Source: a virus
Taxonomy: Duplodnaviria > Caudoviricetes
Strand: one strand, 5' to 3'
Length of the DNA stretch: 64,000 bases
IMG/VR virus record: IMGVR_UViG_3300037067_005096
Span: 32,001-96,000 of that record
Shown here: piece after piece, positions 10,131 through 19,261 of the stretch
How the letters are laid out: each line of letters begins with the position of its first letter
How positions within the stretch are numbered: position 1 is the first letter of the stretch
The notes under the pieces: model-generated
What the model saw: only the letters and a program-made list of their open reading frames with translations
What the model was told of the DNA's origin: nothing
Databases searched by the model: none
Translations under genes and position numbers: made by a program

Positions 10131-10493
10131 CTAGTATGCTTCGTCTACGAAGCCCCATTGGATAGCGACCGCCTTCGCTTGTGCCTTTGCCATCTCGAAT
10201 GGGTCTGTGCCGGTCAGCAGGAGAAGAAGGACTTGCAACCACGAAATGTTCTTCAGCAACCACGCCAACTGTTTGAAGAAGTTGCTTGGAACTGAGTCCA
10301 CCGATTGCGATGGTAGAAACGCCTTGATGACCGTCAGATACGTGGTAATCACAGTCTGAATGTCGGCCAGAAGCAAGGCAGCGTTGGTTGTGTCTCCTGC
10401 CTGAATCAACGAGTTCACCTTCTTGATAGCTGCGACCAGCCACTTGATGATGTCGTTGACTGCATTACCGAGATTTGTACCGATGTTTGCCAT
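10131..10493 (-). CDS. hypothetical amphipathic protein
   Basis: GGAGGTG RBS before ATG 10493. Confidence 0.55.
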   Translation of the reverse strand: MANIGTNLGNAVNDIIKWLVAAIKKVNSLIQAGDTTNAALLLADIQTVITTYLTVIKAFLPSQSVDSVPSNFFKQLAWLLKNISWLQVLLLLLTGTDPFEMAKAQAKAVAIQWGFVDEAY

Positions 10494-10519
10494 GTGAATG
10501 CACCTCCATTTCATTATAC

Positions 10520-10732
10520 TCAATCGAGTATCTGGTTGGGCGTCTTTTCTGGACAATTCCGAATCCACAGTGGACAAAACCCTTCATCTCCTTCATATAT
10601 CAGAGGGAGGCTAGTGGTTTTTAGCTGGTCAATCATCTCATCACCAAATCCATCATAAGATTCTGGTGGGATGTTGACTTTCATACCGTAGATTGCCGGG
10701 GCTTTGCCCCTGTTAAAGACGTGTTTTCCCAT
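10520..10732 (-). CDS. hypothetical protein, possibly leaderless
   Basis: TGGTATAAT lies 6 nt before ATG 10732. Confidence 0.5.
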   Translation of the reverse strand: MGKHVFNRGKAPAIYGMKVNIPPESYDGFGDEMIDQLKTTSLPLIYEGDEGFCPLWIRNCPEKTPNQILD

Positions 10733-10748
10733 AGCATCATTATACCAC

Positions 10749-10787
10749 AAAAAGAGGAAGCCCCCTAAGTATTTTTAGGAGGCTTCC
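10749..10787 (-). terminator. intrinsic terminator after the capsid gene
   Basis: GGAAGCCTCCTAA/TTAGGGGGCTTCC stem followed by TCTTTTT. Confidence 0.75.
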
Positions 10788-10815
10788 CCGTAGCACTTTC
10801 TCTGTCTTGTTCAGA

Positions 10816-13800
10816 CTAGAGAACTACGCCCGTTGAGCTATCAACGTCGATGTAGCCCATAGCATCGGAAACCACGACCTTCTTTGCGGCCCTTGAAACG
10901 ATGCCCTGCTTCTGGCTGAAGTCAGCCGGGTCAGTCAGCATCGGGGTCACGTAGTCGGTATAAGGTGCCCAGATGTAAGGCGTATCAGACCACTCAGTTC
11001 CCTTGCGGATACCGAGAATCTTGCTGCCGTTGGTCGTGCCTGTTCCCCAGAAGTTGGTCTTGAGCACGCGGTACTTGGAACCATTCGGTGTTGCGATGTT
11101 CCCGAAGAACGTAGTTCCGGGGAACTGCTCCATAACCGCTGCATCGACGCCCTCTGCACCAGAGAATGTGAACACGCCTCTCATGGACTTCGCCATTGCG
11201 AGTGCAGCATCCACACCGGCAACGATGTGAGTCATCGGGCCGTTCCTCTTGCTGAAGATGGCATTGTCGAGCTTCTGCAGGTAAACCCACAGGTACTCAT
11301 CCCAGTCTTTCTGGTTATCGAAGCCAGACGAAGGCTTTGTGGTTCCGAAAGTCAGAGCGGCAGCACTAGCTTGCGCCAGCATGTCGTCCAAGACTTCCTT
11401 GTTCCACTCAAGAGCCATCTCACGTGCGATACCACCCAGGAGTTCCTGTGCAGCATCCAGACCGTGGTATGCCCTCAAGTCTTGCATCTCTTCGATAGAC
11501 CAGGCTGCTCCCAACTTCTTGGTGTGCGCAGACACCAGGACGCTGGACAGTCTCAGTCTGATTAGGTTAGCCGCTGCGCCTTCCGTTGCGTTGTCAGCGT
11601 AAGACGAGTTGAACGGGTTCGCACTCGTGTTGAGGTCAACACGAAGCTCACTCGGACTTTCGTTCGCCCGCCAGTGGTCTAGGAAGAAGAGCTTCCCTTC
11701 CGGTCTGTCCATCGGCTGAATCGAGCAAATCTCGTTCATGATGTACATTGGGTACACCCTTCGGATGAGCGGGAAGATGAGATAGTTGCTCAACGGAGCA
11801 CCAGTTCCCGGATAGGTCGCAGACCCGTCACCGATAACGGTAGAACCGTCAGCAAGACTCTGGGTCAGGATGTCCTGTGCCCTCTCAATCTTACCTTGCT
11901 CAAGAGCCAGCAAGCCCAGAGCCGCATCCCGTCCGTTGAAGGAACCTGCTTGCTCGCGGGCAATGTTAATCATCAACCGCTTGCAGGCTTCTTTCGGACT
12001 GCGGAAATGGTTCGGAATCTTGCTGTTCTGCAGACCCTCTTGACCCGGATAGTGGTCAGGCAGGTCTTGTACCAATCTGTCGAACAACTCGCCCACCGTC
12101 TTGGGGGCACGTTCCTCGTCAGTCTGCTTCACGAAGAAGGTCGGCTGGTACGTGTCCGACTGTACGACTTCCTTTGCGCTTTCCAGCGGGAAGACGCTCT
12201 GGAGGTGCGGCAGAAGGGTCTCGCTCGTAGTAATCAGAGCTTCCAGCGTCTCACAACCTTCAAGGGCCTGCTTGTAAGCCTTCAGCCCCAGGTCGGAAAG
12301 CTGAGCCTGGTCAACGAGTGCGCCCCTAGTCTGCTTCAGTTCAGTGATGGCCCGGATTTCCGCAGCCTTTGCCTGAACATCGGATTGTGTGGTTTCTTTT
12401 GTTTTGTCCACGGTTTCTTCTGCTCCTTGTGTAGGATTAGGGTCGCTTTGGTACTCGACGCTCTTCACGCCGCTACCTGTGGATGCCCCCCTCCACACTG
12501 CGTCGATAGCAGTGCAAATGAAGTCATCCTGCATAACGGGTCGCTCGACTCCCCGCCAATCTTGGTTCTTGAAGGTTCCATATCCCCGTGAGGACATATC
12601 GACCTGCACTCCGGCTTCGAGCAAAGCCTGGAGGTTCTTTCCGTAAGGCTCGGTCGGCACAACGGTCGCCTCGAACCATACGTCTGCTCCCTGGAGCCAG
12701 AACTTATCCCACTTGATTGCGGTGTCCACAAGTCCTTGTTCCTCGTCTGGATGCTCCAGTTTACCCAGGAACTTGCCCTGTTGCGCCAACTCGTTCATTC
12801 GCGGCAGGTTCTTCTCCCATACGGTTGAAGGATATACCTGACCCGCCTTATTCACGATGTCGCCGCGAGTTGCAATTCCCTGAATCTTCATGGTTTTCTT
12901 ACCATCAGAAGATTCAGCAGTCTTGACACTCTGGATGTAAGACATGCTCACATCAGCTAGGTCATAAGGAATACCCTGCACAACCGGTCTTGGGTCGTCC
13001 TGTCCCTTGTAAGGAGTAGGAGTGCCATCGGTTCCGGCAGGTTCACCCTTGTAACCAGGAGCTTCTTTGCCAAGTTCTGCTGTCACTTCAGCATCGGAAC
13101 TGCCATCAGCAGCCGCCTTACCGACACCTTCCTCATCGGAAAGTCCAGGCTCTTTCGTGCCTTCAGCTTCAGCAGAAGCGTCAGGAACAGAAGCTCCCGG
13201 AGTGCTGGCATCGGTCGTCTTCGCATTGGCTTTCGGGGTAACGCCAATTTGAGGAGGTGTGGCAGCAGCCGCAGTCCCGGAGATAGCGGTCTCGTCCGCT
13301 ACTTCATCTTGCTTTGCGACTTTGTTCTTGTCCATGCTTTGCTCCTCGTCTGTTCCAGGCATCGGATGGTCTCCCATCTCTGCCTCTTCGTCTTCATCGG
13401 AGTCGTCGTCTTCCATGCTAAGCTGTTCAATGACGAGCTTCACATCGACCCGTTCAACGTCTCCTTCGATGGAAACTTCTCCATCCAAGCTGGTTGCATA
13501 ACCAACTTTGTAATACTCGATTTCCGAACCGTAGTCTTCGCAGTAGAAGACAATACCATCGGAAAAGACTCCAAGAATCTGTGCCCAACGGTACTTGAAA
13601 TCATCTTCTTTGCGAGACCACTCCCTGAACTCGTGATGCACCTTTTCCAGATGCTCTTCAATCGAGCCATCCATCTTACCTGGGTAGGTAGCACAATACC
13701 ACTGTCGATTCAGAACCGTGTAGCAGTCCTCTCCTACCAAAGGAAGCAAGGTGTCGTGAGCTAGAGATTGCTTCTCGCTCTCGGAAATCTTGATTCCAAG

Positions 13801-14070
13801 TTTCTTCGCAGCCGCTCGAATCCTGCCTTTGATTGTCTTCAAGTCCCCCGAAGAATACTTTTTGGCATTCTTAGGCATATTGATATACGACCAAGCGGCT
13901 CTTACGTGTTTCTCGGAATCCAATGGGTACTTCTTGTTCGTCGGGTCAGCGAACTTGACATCCCCATACTCCTTCTCACCTGCTTTTGGTGAGACATCTT
14001 TGCGCTTCGCTATCTGCAGAACTTTCGACCGCAGAAGCTCAGCTTTTGGCTTTGCCAGGAGTAGGCTCAT
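10816..14070 (-). CDS. head polyprotein: DUF6582-like domain, acidic linker, T4 gp21-like prohead protease, scaffold, T4 gp23-like major capsid protein
   Basis: DUF6582-like YGDVKFADPTNKKYPLDSEKHVRAAWSY; protease IQGIATRGDIVNKAGQVYP..LGKLEHP..MSSRGYG..IDAV; gp23-like LIFPLIRRVYP..ICSIQPMDRPEG..KKLGAAWSIEEMQDL..YIWAPY. Confidence 0.88.
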   Translation of the reverse strand: MSLLLAKPKAELLRSKVLQIAKRKDVSPKAGEKEYGDVKFADPTNKKYPLDSEKHVRAAWSYINMPKNAKKYSSGDLKTIKGRIRAAAKKLGIKISESEKQSLAHDTLLPLVGEDCYTVLNRQWYCATYPGKMDGSIEEHLEKVHHEFREWSRKEDDFKYRWAQILGVFSDGIVFYCEDYGSEIEYYKVGYATSLDGEVSIEGDVERVDVKLVIEQLSMEDDDSDEDEEAEMGDHPMPGTDEEQSMDKNKVAKQDEVADETAISGTAAAATPPQIGVTPKANAKTTDASTPGASVPDASAEAEGTKEPGLSDEEGVGKAAADGSSDAEVTAELGKEAPGYKGEPAGTDGTPTPYKGQDDPRPVVQGIPYDLADVSMSYIQSVKTAESSDGKKTMKIQGIATRGDIVNKAGQVYPSTVWEKNLPRMNELAQQGKFLGKLEHPDEEQGLVDTAIKWDKFWLQGADVWFEATVVPTEPYGKNLQALLEAGVQVDMSSRGYGTFKNQDWRGVERPVMQDDFICTAIDAVWRGASTGSGVKSVEYQSDPNPTQGAEETVDKTKETTQSDVQAKAAEIRAITELKQTRGALVDQAQLSDLGLKAYKQALEGCETLEALITTSETLLPHLQSVFPLESAKEVVQSDTYQPTFFVKQTDEERAPKTVGELFDRLVQDLPDHYPGQEGLQNSKIPNHFRSPKEACKRLMINIAREQAGSFNGRDAALGLLALEQGKIERAQDILTQSLADGSTVIGDGSATYPGTGAPLSNYLIFPLIRRVYPMYIMNEICSIQPMDRPEGKLFFLDHWRANESPSELRVDLNTSANPFNSSYADNATEGAAANLIRLRLSSVLVSAHTKKLGAAWSIEEMQDLRAYHGLDAAQELLGGIAREMALEWNKEVLDDMLAQASAAALTFGTTKPSSGFDNQKDWDEYLWVYLQKLDNAIFSKRNGPMTHIVAGVDAALAMAKSMRGVFTFSGAEGVDAAVMEQFPGTTFFGNIATPNGSKYRVLKTNFWGTGTTNGSKILGIRKGTEWSDTPYIWAPYTDYVTPMLTDPADFSQKQGIVSRAAKKVVVSDAMGYIDVDSSTGVVL

Positions 14071-14108
14071 TTAGTCTGACCTCACACGTAAGTAATGTTG
14101 CTACTGAT

Positions 14109-14148
14109 ACTTTATCAGATAGGCAACTGAAAGGGGTGTCCACATTGA
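14109..14148 (-). promoter_or_regulatory. candidate late promoter TCAATGTGGACA-N22-TAAAGT
   Basis: Shared with the region upstream of the tail tube gene. Confidence 0.6.
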
Positions 14149-14159
14149 AAAATTATACC

Positions 14160-14206
14160 AAAAATGCAGAAGCCCCCGCCACTTTTCAGTGTGGCAGGGG
14201 CTTTTT
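14160..14206. terminator. hairpin terminator after the DUF932 gene, possibly bidirectional
   Basis: AAGCCCCCGCCAC/GTGGCAGGGGCTT stem with A/T runs on both sides. Confidence 0.6.
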
Positions 14207-14228
14207 GGGGTAAAGTTGTGGGGTATTT

Positions 14229-15239
14229 CTAGTTTCTGAGGACTTCCAGAGCGTCATTGCATACCTCAAACGCTCTGGTCTTCATCTTCGCTGCGTGACC
14301 CATCAGCTTAGATTCGATGGCGTTGTCGGGATTCACTCCGGCTCCTCGAACTATGCGCACGTGGTCGTAGTAAGAGTTGATGCCGTTAAATGTTCCCCAC
14401 ACAGTACCTCGAACGCCGGGGATGTCCGCTCCGGGGCCGTCAGCGATAACCTGGTTGATGAGTTCAGCGTGGTTTATCCACTGTGGCTGCTTCTTATATT
14501 CGCCCTTCGAGAACTCTTCCAGGTCTTCCTCTGTGACACCCAGGCTTGCGTAGATGAGATTCTGATTCTGTTCCTCCGTCACCGGGGTCTCTCTGAACAG
14601 CTTGAACGCTTCCTGCACTTCATCGAAGTTGTGATGGGCGATGGAGATGACTCGCTGTATCTCTGACATCTTGACCATCGCAGTGTCCGTGTGCCTGACC
14701 TTGAATGGCTCAGACCCGGCTCCATCCCGGCTGCCAAATGAGAAGTTCAGAATGTTCTGGCAGACGATTCTGTGCGGGATAAGCTGCACCAGCAGGTTGC
14801 TGGAACCGTCGTGTGAGTTGAGAACAAGCATGTGCTTGCGTACTGAGTCGTCCGGTAGGACATCGAATCCACCCAGGTCAATACACACCCAAGTGTACCG
14901 ACCGCCGTGCAGTGCTCCGGCTGACGTGATACACGCACCATCTTGTCCAATGACGTTCTCCAGCCAGGAGAATGCGTCCTTGTTCTGGACAGGAGTGTAC
15001 CGGGTCTTGACGATTCCCAGGGGGTCTCCAGTATCAGTTCGGTATGTAGCGAAGTGGCCGGGGATGACTTTCCCACCGGTCTTCTTTGCCATCCGAATCT
15101 TATCTATGGCGACTGTCCAATCCAGCCCGGCTGTAACCAGAGCGTCTTTCAGCCCCAGCGCACCATCAACCTGAACTCCACCATAGATAGAACCAACGTC
15201 ACCTTTCTGGACAAATTGGCTCGCCACTCGATTCGACAT
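14229..15239 (-). CDS. DUF932/DUF945 family phage-plasmid protein
   Basis: AGLDWTV...ATYRTDTGDPLGIV..RYTPVQN..AF...AGALHGG...LNSHDGS..RIVCQN...RHT...GTVWG. Confidence 0.85.
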   Translation of the reverse strand: MSNRVASQFVQKGDVGSIYGGVQVDGALGLKDALVTAGLDWTVAIDKIRMAKKTGGKVIPGHFATYRTDTGDPLGIVKTRYTPVQNKDAFSWLENVIGQDGACITSAGALHGGRYTWVCIDLGGFDVLPDDSVRKHMLVLNSHDGSSNLLVQLIPHRIVCQNILNFSFGSRDGAGSEPFKVRHTDTAMVKMSEIQRVISIAHHNFDEVQEAFKLFRETPVTEEQNQNLIYASLGVTEEDLEEFSKGEYKKQPQWINHAELINQVIADGPGADIPGVRGTVWGTFNGINSYYDHVRIVRGAGVNPDNAIESKLMGHAAKMKTRAFEVCNDALEVLRN

Positions 15240-15260
15240 TGTGTTTGCCTCCTAAAAGCA

Positions 15261-15330
15261 AATTAGTTGCTTATTCTATAGTGAGTATACCGCACAATCT
15301 GCCCGGTGTCAATAGAATAAGCAACTAATT
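15261..15330. repeat. perfect 19-bp inverted repeat enclosing a promoter
   Basis: aattagttgcttattctat (15261-15279) / atagaataagcaactaatt (15312-15330), 32-nt interior. Confidence 0.9.
15284..15312 (-). promoter_or_regulatory. consensus sigma70 promoter of the DUF932 gene
   Basis: TTGACA-N17-TATACT. Confidence 0.8.
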
Positions 15331-15337
15331 GAGAAAA

Positions 15338-15355
15338 ATAGGTATTTCTACTAGG
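15338..15355. promoter_or_regulatory. GTA-N4-TAC palindrome copy
   Basis: CCTAGTA-GAAA-TACCTAT (minus strand). Confidence 0.5.
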
Positions 15356-16585
15356 TTAGCCTTTGTTCCTGAGTGTGGCGTTGTAGTCTCCATTTGCATA
15401 GAGACGAATCGCTACACCGCCTTGTCCCGGAGGAGGCCAGCCAGCTTCGTACGCATAGGTCTGTTCCCAGCGCAAGAATGATGGAGCTACGACCGTCCAT
15501 TGAGTCCGGTATGTGAGTCGGCATCGTTCCGGGTCTTCCACGATACAGGTCTCCGGGTTCACCAGAGGGTCGTGGGTATGGCCGGAAACGAAGAAGTTCA
15601 TGAAGTCGGTAAAGATACGAGGTCTACCGGCTGCATTCAGTTTACCACCTTTCGTCTGAGATGATGTTGTACCGTGGAATGCGTAGATTCTCCATCTGTG
15701 CCCCATTCCGAGAATAGAACAGTACACCGGGCCAGAGAAGTAGGGCACGTCAAGCGTCTGTGCCACAATCTTCATCGGGTCGATACCTGCCCGTTTCTGT
15801 GTCCGTTTCTCGTGGTTTCCGGGCAAGGTAAAGAGAATCTTGTGGGCTATGGGGGCCAGAATCTTGCAGATGCCGTTCACCTGGAGGTCTGGCGGAATCT
15901 CCTGAGAATACATCATACCTCTGCCGTCATCCAGAGCATTCTCTTGTAGGTCTCCACCCAGGAATGTCAGGATGTTCGGAGTCTCCTCTATCCATCGTAT
16001 GTAAGATAGCAGCTTCTCTCGCTTATGCCCATAGTGTCCAAAGTGAACATCATACAGAGGGGCTACAATGACTTCACCACCTGTAAACAGTTCATCTGGT
16101 AGCTGCACAAGCTGGTAAGGCTGAACGAAGTCTCCTTCAGTCGATTGTGAATGGAAGAATTTCCACTCACGGGACTTAATCCTGATGTTGTCCCGGTCAA
16201 CTTCCGGTAGGAGTATATAGATGTTCCTACCGTAGTTGTCGATTTGTGTGAAGAGGTTGAGACCTGGATACGTCTCTTCAAGCAGAGCATCCGTTGACGG
16301 GCCGAATACATCCTCGATTTCCTGGCGAGTGCGGGCTGTAAGCAGCAGGTCTCTAAACTCCTGTCGCTCTCTAATGCCCTTATACTCGAACGAGGGCTTG
16401 GTATCAGCCTCTTTCAGGTCAGTTCGAGACGGTAGGCCCTCATCTTTGCGTAGCTGTCTGATGAGATTCTTTACCTGGTCAGGAGTACCGTCGTGTGTCT
16501 TAGCCAGGTCAAAGTCACTAGCTCCTCCCAGGTAATCTTCGATGAACTGGGTCATCGACTCAGGTTTCCAATTGTTCTTAGCCAT
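15356..16585 (-). CDS. calcineurin-like metallophosphoesterase with N-terminal extension
   Basis: DVHFG, GGDL, GNHE, FHG and GHTH motifs; start trimmed to MAKNNW with GGAGG. Confidence 0.85.
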   Translation of the reverse strand: MAKNNWKPESMTQFIEDYLGGASDFDLAKTHDGTPDQVKNLIRQLRKDEGLPSRTDLKEADTKPSFEYKGIRERQEFRDLLLTARTRQEIEDVFGPSTDALLEETYPGLNLFTQIDNYGRNIYILLPEVDRDNIRIKSREWKFFHSQSTEGDFVQPYQLVQLPDELFTGGEVIVAPLYDVHFGHYGHKREKLLSYIRWIEETPNILTFLGGDLQENALDDGRGMMYSQEIPPDLQVNGICKILAPIAHKILFTLPGNHEKRTQKRAGIDPMKIVAQTLDVPYFSGPVYCSILGMGHRWRIYAFHGTTSSQTKGGKLNAAGRPRIFTDFMNFFVSGHTHDPLVNPETCIVEDPERCRLTYRTQWTVVAPSFLRWEQTYAYEAGWPPPGQGGVAIRLYANGDYNATLRNKG

Positions 16586-17357
16586 GCTGTCCTCCCAGCA
16601 GTTTCTCTGCTTCTTGGCAGTAATTTGGGTCAATGTCAAAACCGATGCAATCAACGCCCAGTATCCGGCAAGCTCTTCCGGTGGAACCAATACCCATGAA
16701 AGGGTCTAACGCCAAGCGTATGTGTTCTACGCCATGTAGCATCAAACAGTTTTCTACAAGTTTTGGCGGAAAGGTAGCGGGGTGAGGGCGGTCTTTGCGA
16801 GTGCGGATGGTTTTGTATGGAATGAACCATGTGTTTCCCCTGCATCGACAATCGGTTCTGACACCTTTCCAGCGTTTGACATTCGACTTATCGGCATACG
16901 GAACTCCAATAGCCAGCCGATTGAGCGGAACATCACCGTTCTTGGTCAGGTGAAAGACATACTCGAAACAATCATTGACGAATCGGGATGAGTTGAGCGG
17001 CTTGAAATGCCCATACGAATTGCCATCTTCCAGGGCAATGCTCTTCACCCAGATAAACGTATTCTGAAGTTGGAAACTTCGCCGGAATATAGATAGGACA
17101 TCATACGGAACCCACGGGTCAGTTGGCTTAGAGCCGAGATTCAAGAACAAACTGCCCTTGTCAGAGAGAACCCTGCCTAACTCGTTTGCCACATCTACGA
17201 TGAAATGCAAATACTCTTGCCGAGATACATGGTCATCGTAGGTTCCGTAATCTATGCCCAAGTTGTAGGGCGGAGAAGTCACTACAACATCCACCGCCCC
17301 ATCTGTCAACCGAGATTTCATCCCGGATATACAGTCTTCGTTGAAGATGGTGACCAT
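16578..17357 (-). CDS. DNA methyltransferase, beta class (N4-mC/N6-mA)
   Basis: VVTSPPY ... HPATFP ... LDPFMGIGST. Confidence 0.9.
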   Translation of the reverse strand: MVTIFNEDCISGMKSRLTDGAVDVVVTSPPYNLGIDYGTYDDHVSRQEYLHFIVDVANELGRVLSDKGSLFLNLGSKPTDPWVPYDVLSIFRRSFQLQNTFIWVKSIALEDGNSYGHFKPLNSSRFVNDCFEYVFHLTKNGDVPLNRLAIGVPYADKSNVKRWKGVRTDCRCRGNTWFIPYKTIRTRKDRPHPATFPPKLVENCLMLHGVEHIRLALDPFMGIGSTGRACRILGVDCIGFDIDPNYCQEAEKLLGGQHG

Positions 17358-19205
17358 CTATTCCAAACTCACCTTTCTGTCAGCGATAGCTTCCAGGTTT
17401 GCTCTGATAGCATTTCGGTAGCTATCATCTAGTTCAGGAACGTTGACGCCTTGTTCTCGGAAATCCTGATGGACTTCTTCAGTTATAGTATAGAACAAGT
17501 CTACCAGGGCGTCAATAGGCACGGTCTCATCTGACTGCGTAGGTTTGACAGCCCCACGCTGCTCAGTTGTTCTTTGCGCCCGGCCCTTGTTCTGATTACC
17601 TGTACCACTGGAGTTGTCACCCGGAATACGGTCTTTCGGAGCCGTACCCAGTGGGCTGGTTTTTGGCTGAGCATTAGTCTCGATTGTCTTGACCCTAGCC
17701 TTAACTACCCGGTCGCCATACTTCTCCAAGAACTTCTGCAGCATTTCTTGCTGGTCAGAGTTCAGGTGCATGAACTTGTCAGCCAGTAGCTCTGGCGGAA
17801 GAGAACCGAATGCTTCCACAAAGTATACCGCTGCCTGCGCATAGGTAAGCTCGATTTCTGCATCCTCTCGCAGGTCTTTGGTGTTGATTTGTGTAAGCTC
17901 GATTTCGTAGGCATCGTCACTCGGTGTAATACCATTCAGCATCAACTCGATGTCACATAGACGGCGAAGCCCTTCCAACAGATTGCGTTGGACTCTTCGG
18001 AGCATACGAGCAAACTGTATCTCCACATCGGCTTTCTTCGATGCTGAGGCCGAAATGTGAGTCTTCTGTGCCGTGGTTATCTGTAGATAGGCAATAGGAA
18101 CCTGAAGCCTGCTCAGCAGCTTCTCACGGTGGTATATGATGTCATTCAGATTGCCAAGCTGTGCATTGTTGGCACTCAGCAACTCGATTCCACCCCTATT
18201 AGTTCCATCGTCTGGCAGATAGAAGTCTGTCTGCACGTCAAGTGGAGCATCCACCTGAGTTACCAGTCCGCTGGAATCTAGGATTCGACGCTTGGTTACT
18301 GCGTCCTTGTGCATACGAATCCGGGCCATTATCTCACCTGAAGACATTTCAGGCTTGACCGGAATCTTGTGAACCATCTTGTCATAGGCTCTGATAAGAC
18401 GAGCTATCGCCATACCATCTTCCATCTTGGCAAGACGAATCCAGTTCCTTCTGGCTGGAGCAAGTGGCGGGATAGAGAGATACCCACGCTTTGTACCGAA
18501 GATGAATGGCACTATCTGCCATTCTTCCAGGTCATACTCTTTCCCGGTGAAAACGTCACCATCTGTCTTGAGAGTCCAGCCAGGACACTTGTCACCACGA
18601 GCGTTCGTCTTCGGGTAAATCTGGTAGCTGATTGTCTGCTTAAATGCAACTACCTGCATTGCCTGACGGTCAACTACAACTTCCCGGAACTCATTGCCGT
18701 GCTTGACCATATCCCGGCAGATGTACCATATTTCATTCGGGAGATTGAGTCGCTTAGACATGGCATCTAGGACAGCTTGGATACGGTCGGTCTTGGCCCG
18801 AATCTTGAAGTGTCGTTGTGAAGCTGCAAGCTCAGAGTACGACACAGAGCAGTCGGCTATGATGTCCAGAGCCGTAGCAACTATTTCGTCTTCTGAGTCC
18901 ATCCGCTCGATGTCTTGGTAGATGGACTTGCGATTCTGGTGAACTCTCCAGGCATTTGCCATATACGTGATAGTCGTCGTATCGGTGATGCCCGTGATTA
19001 CCAGATTGTCTCCAATCTCCGGTACAGGATGTAGGGTCGGATTCTGTGGAGTCCCTGTATCAGGGTCGAACAGGGTCTTCAGGAACCTTCCCATCTTCCT
19101 GGCCCAATACGGAGCGGCAACCCGTTCGTTTGCCCCACTGGTTCCTCCATAAGAGCCAATCGGAGATGGCAGTTTATTGTAGTATGAACCGATTGGTGAT
19201 GCCAT
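17358..19205 (-). CDS. portal protein, T4 gp20-like
   Basis: ALDIIAD, MEDGMAIARLIRA, DFYLP, DIIY..KLLSRLQVP, EIQFARMLRRVQ; follows TerL. Confidence 0.85.
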   Translation of the reverse strand: MASPIGSYYNKLPSPIGSYGGTSGANERVAAPYWARKMGRFLKTLFDPDTGTPQNPTLHPVPEIGDNLVITGITDTTTITYMANAWRVHQNRKSIYQDIERMDSEDEIVATALDIIADCSVSYSELAASQRHFKIRAKTDRIQAVLDAMSKRLNLPNEIWYICRDMVKHGNEFREVVVDRQAMQVVAFKQTISYQIYPKTNARGDKCPGWTLKTDGDVFTGKEYDLEEWQIVPFIFGTKRGYLSIPPLAPARRNWIRLAKMEDGMAIARLIRAYDKMVHKIPVKPEMSSGEIMARIRMHKDAVTKRRILDSSGLVTQVDAPLDVQTDFYLPDDGTNRGGIELLSANNAQLGNLNDIIYHREKLLSRLQVPIAYLQITTAQKTHISASASKKADVEIQFARMLRRVQRNLLEGLRRLCDIELMLNGITPSDDAYEIELTQINTKDLREDAEIELTYAQAAVYFVEAFGSLPPELLADKFMHLNSDQQEMLQKFLEKYGDRVVKARVKTIETNAQPKTSPLGTAPKDRIPGDNSSGTGNQNKGRAQRTTEQRGAVKPTQSDETVPIDALVDLFYTITEEVHQDFREQGVNVPELDDSYRNAIRANLEAIADRKVSLE

Positions 19206-19261
19206 AGTTTATTCTCCCGTTGCGAGCGTACTCACATGTATGATAACAGAAATCGACCATT

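Noticed and set aside
14219-14236. Ninth copy of the palindrome at the DUF932 stop (AACTAGAAATACCCC)
   Set aside because: Only one good half-site and no -10 at 22-23 nt; not counted.
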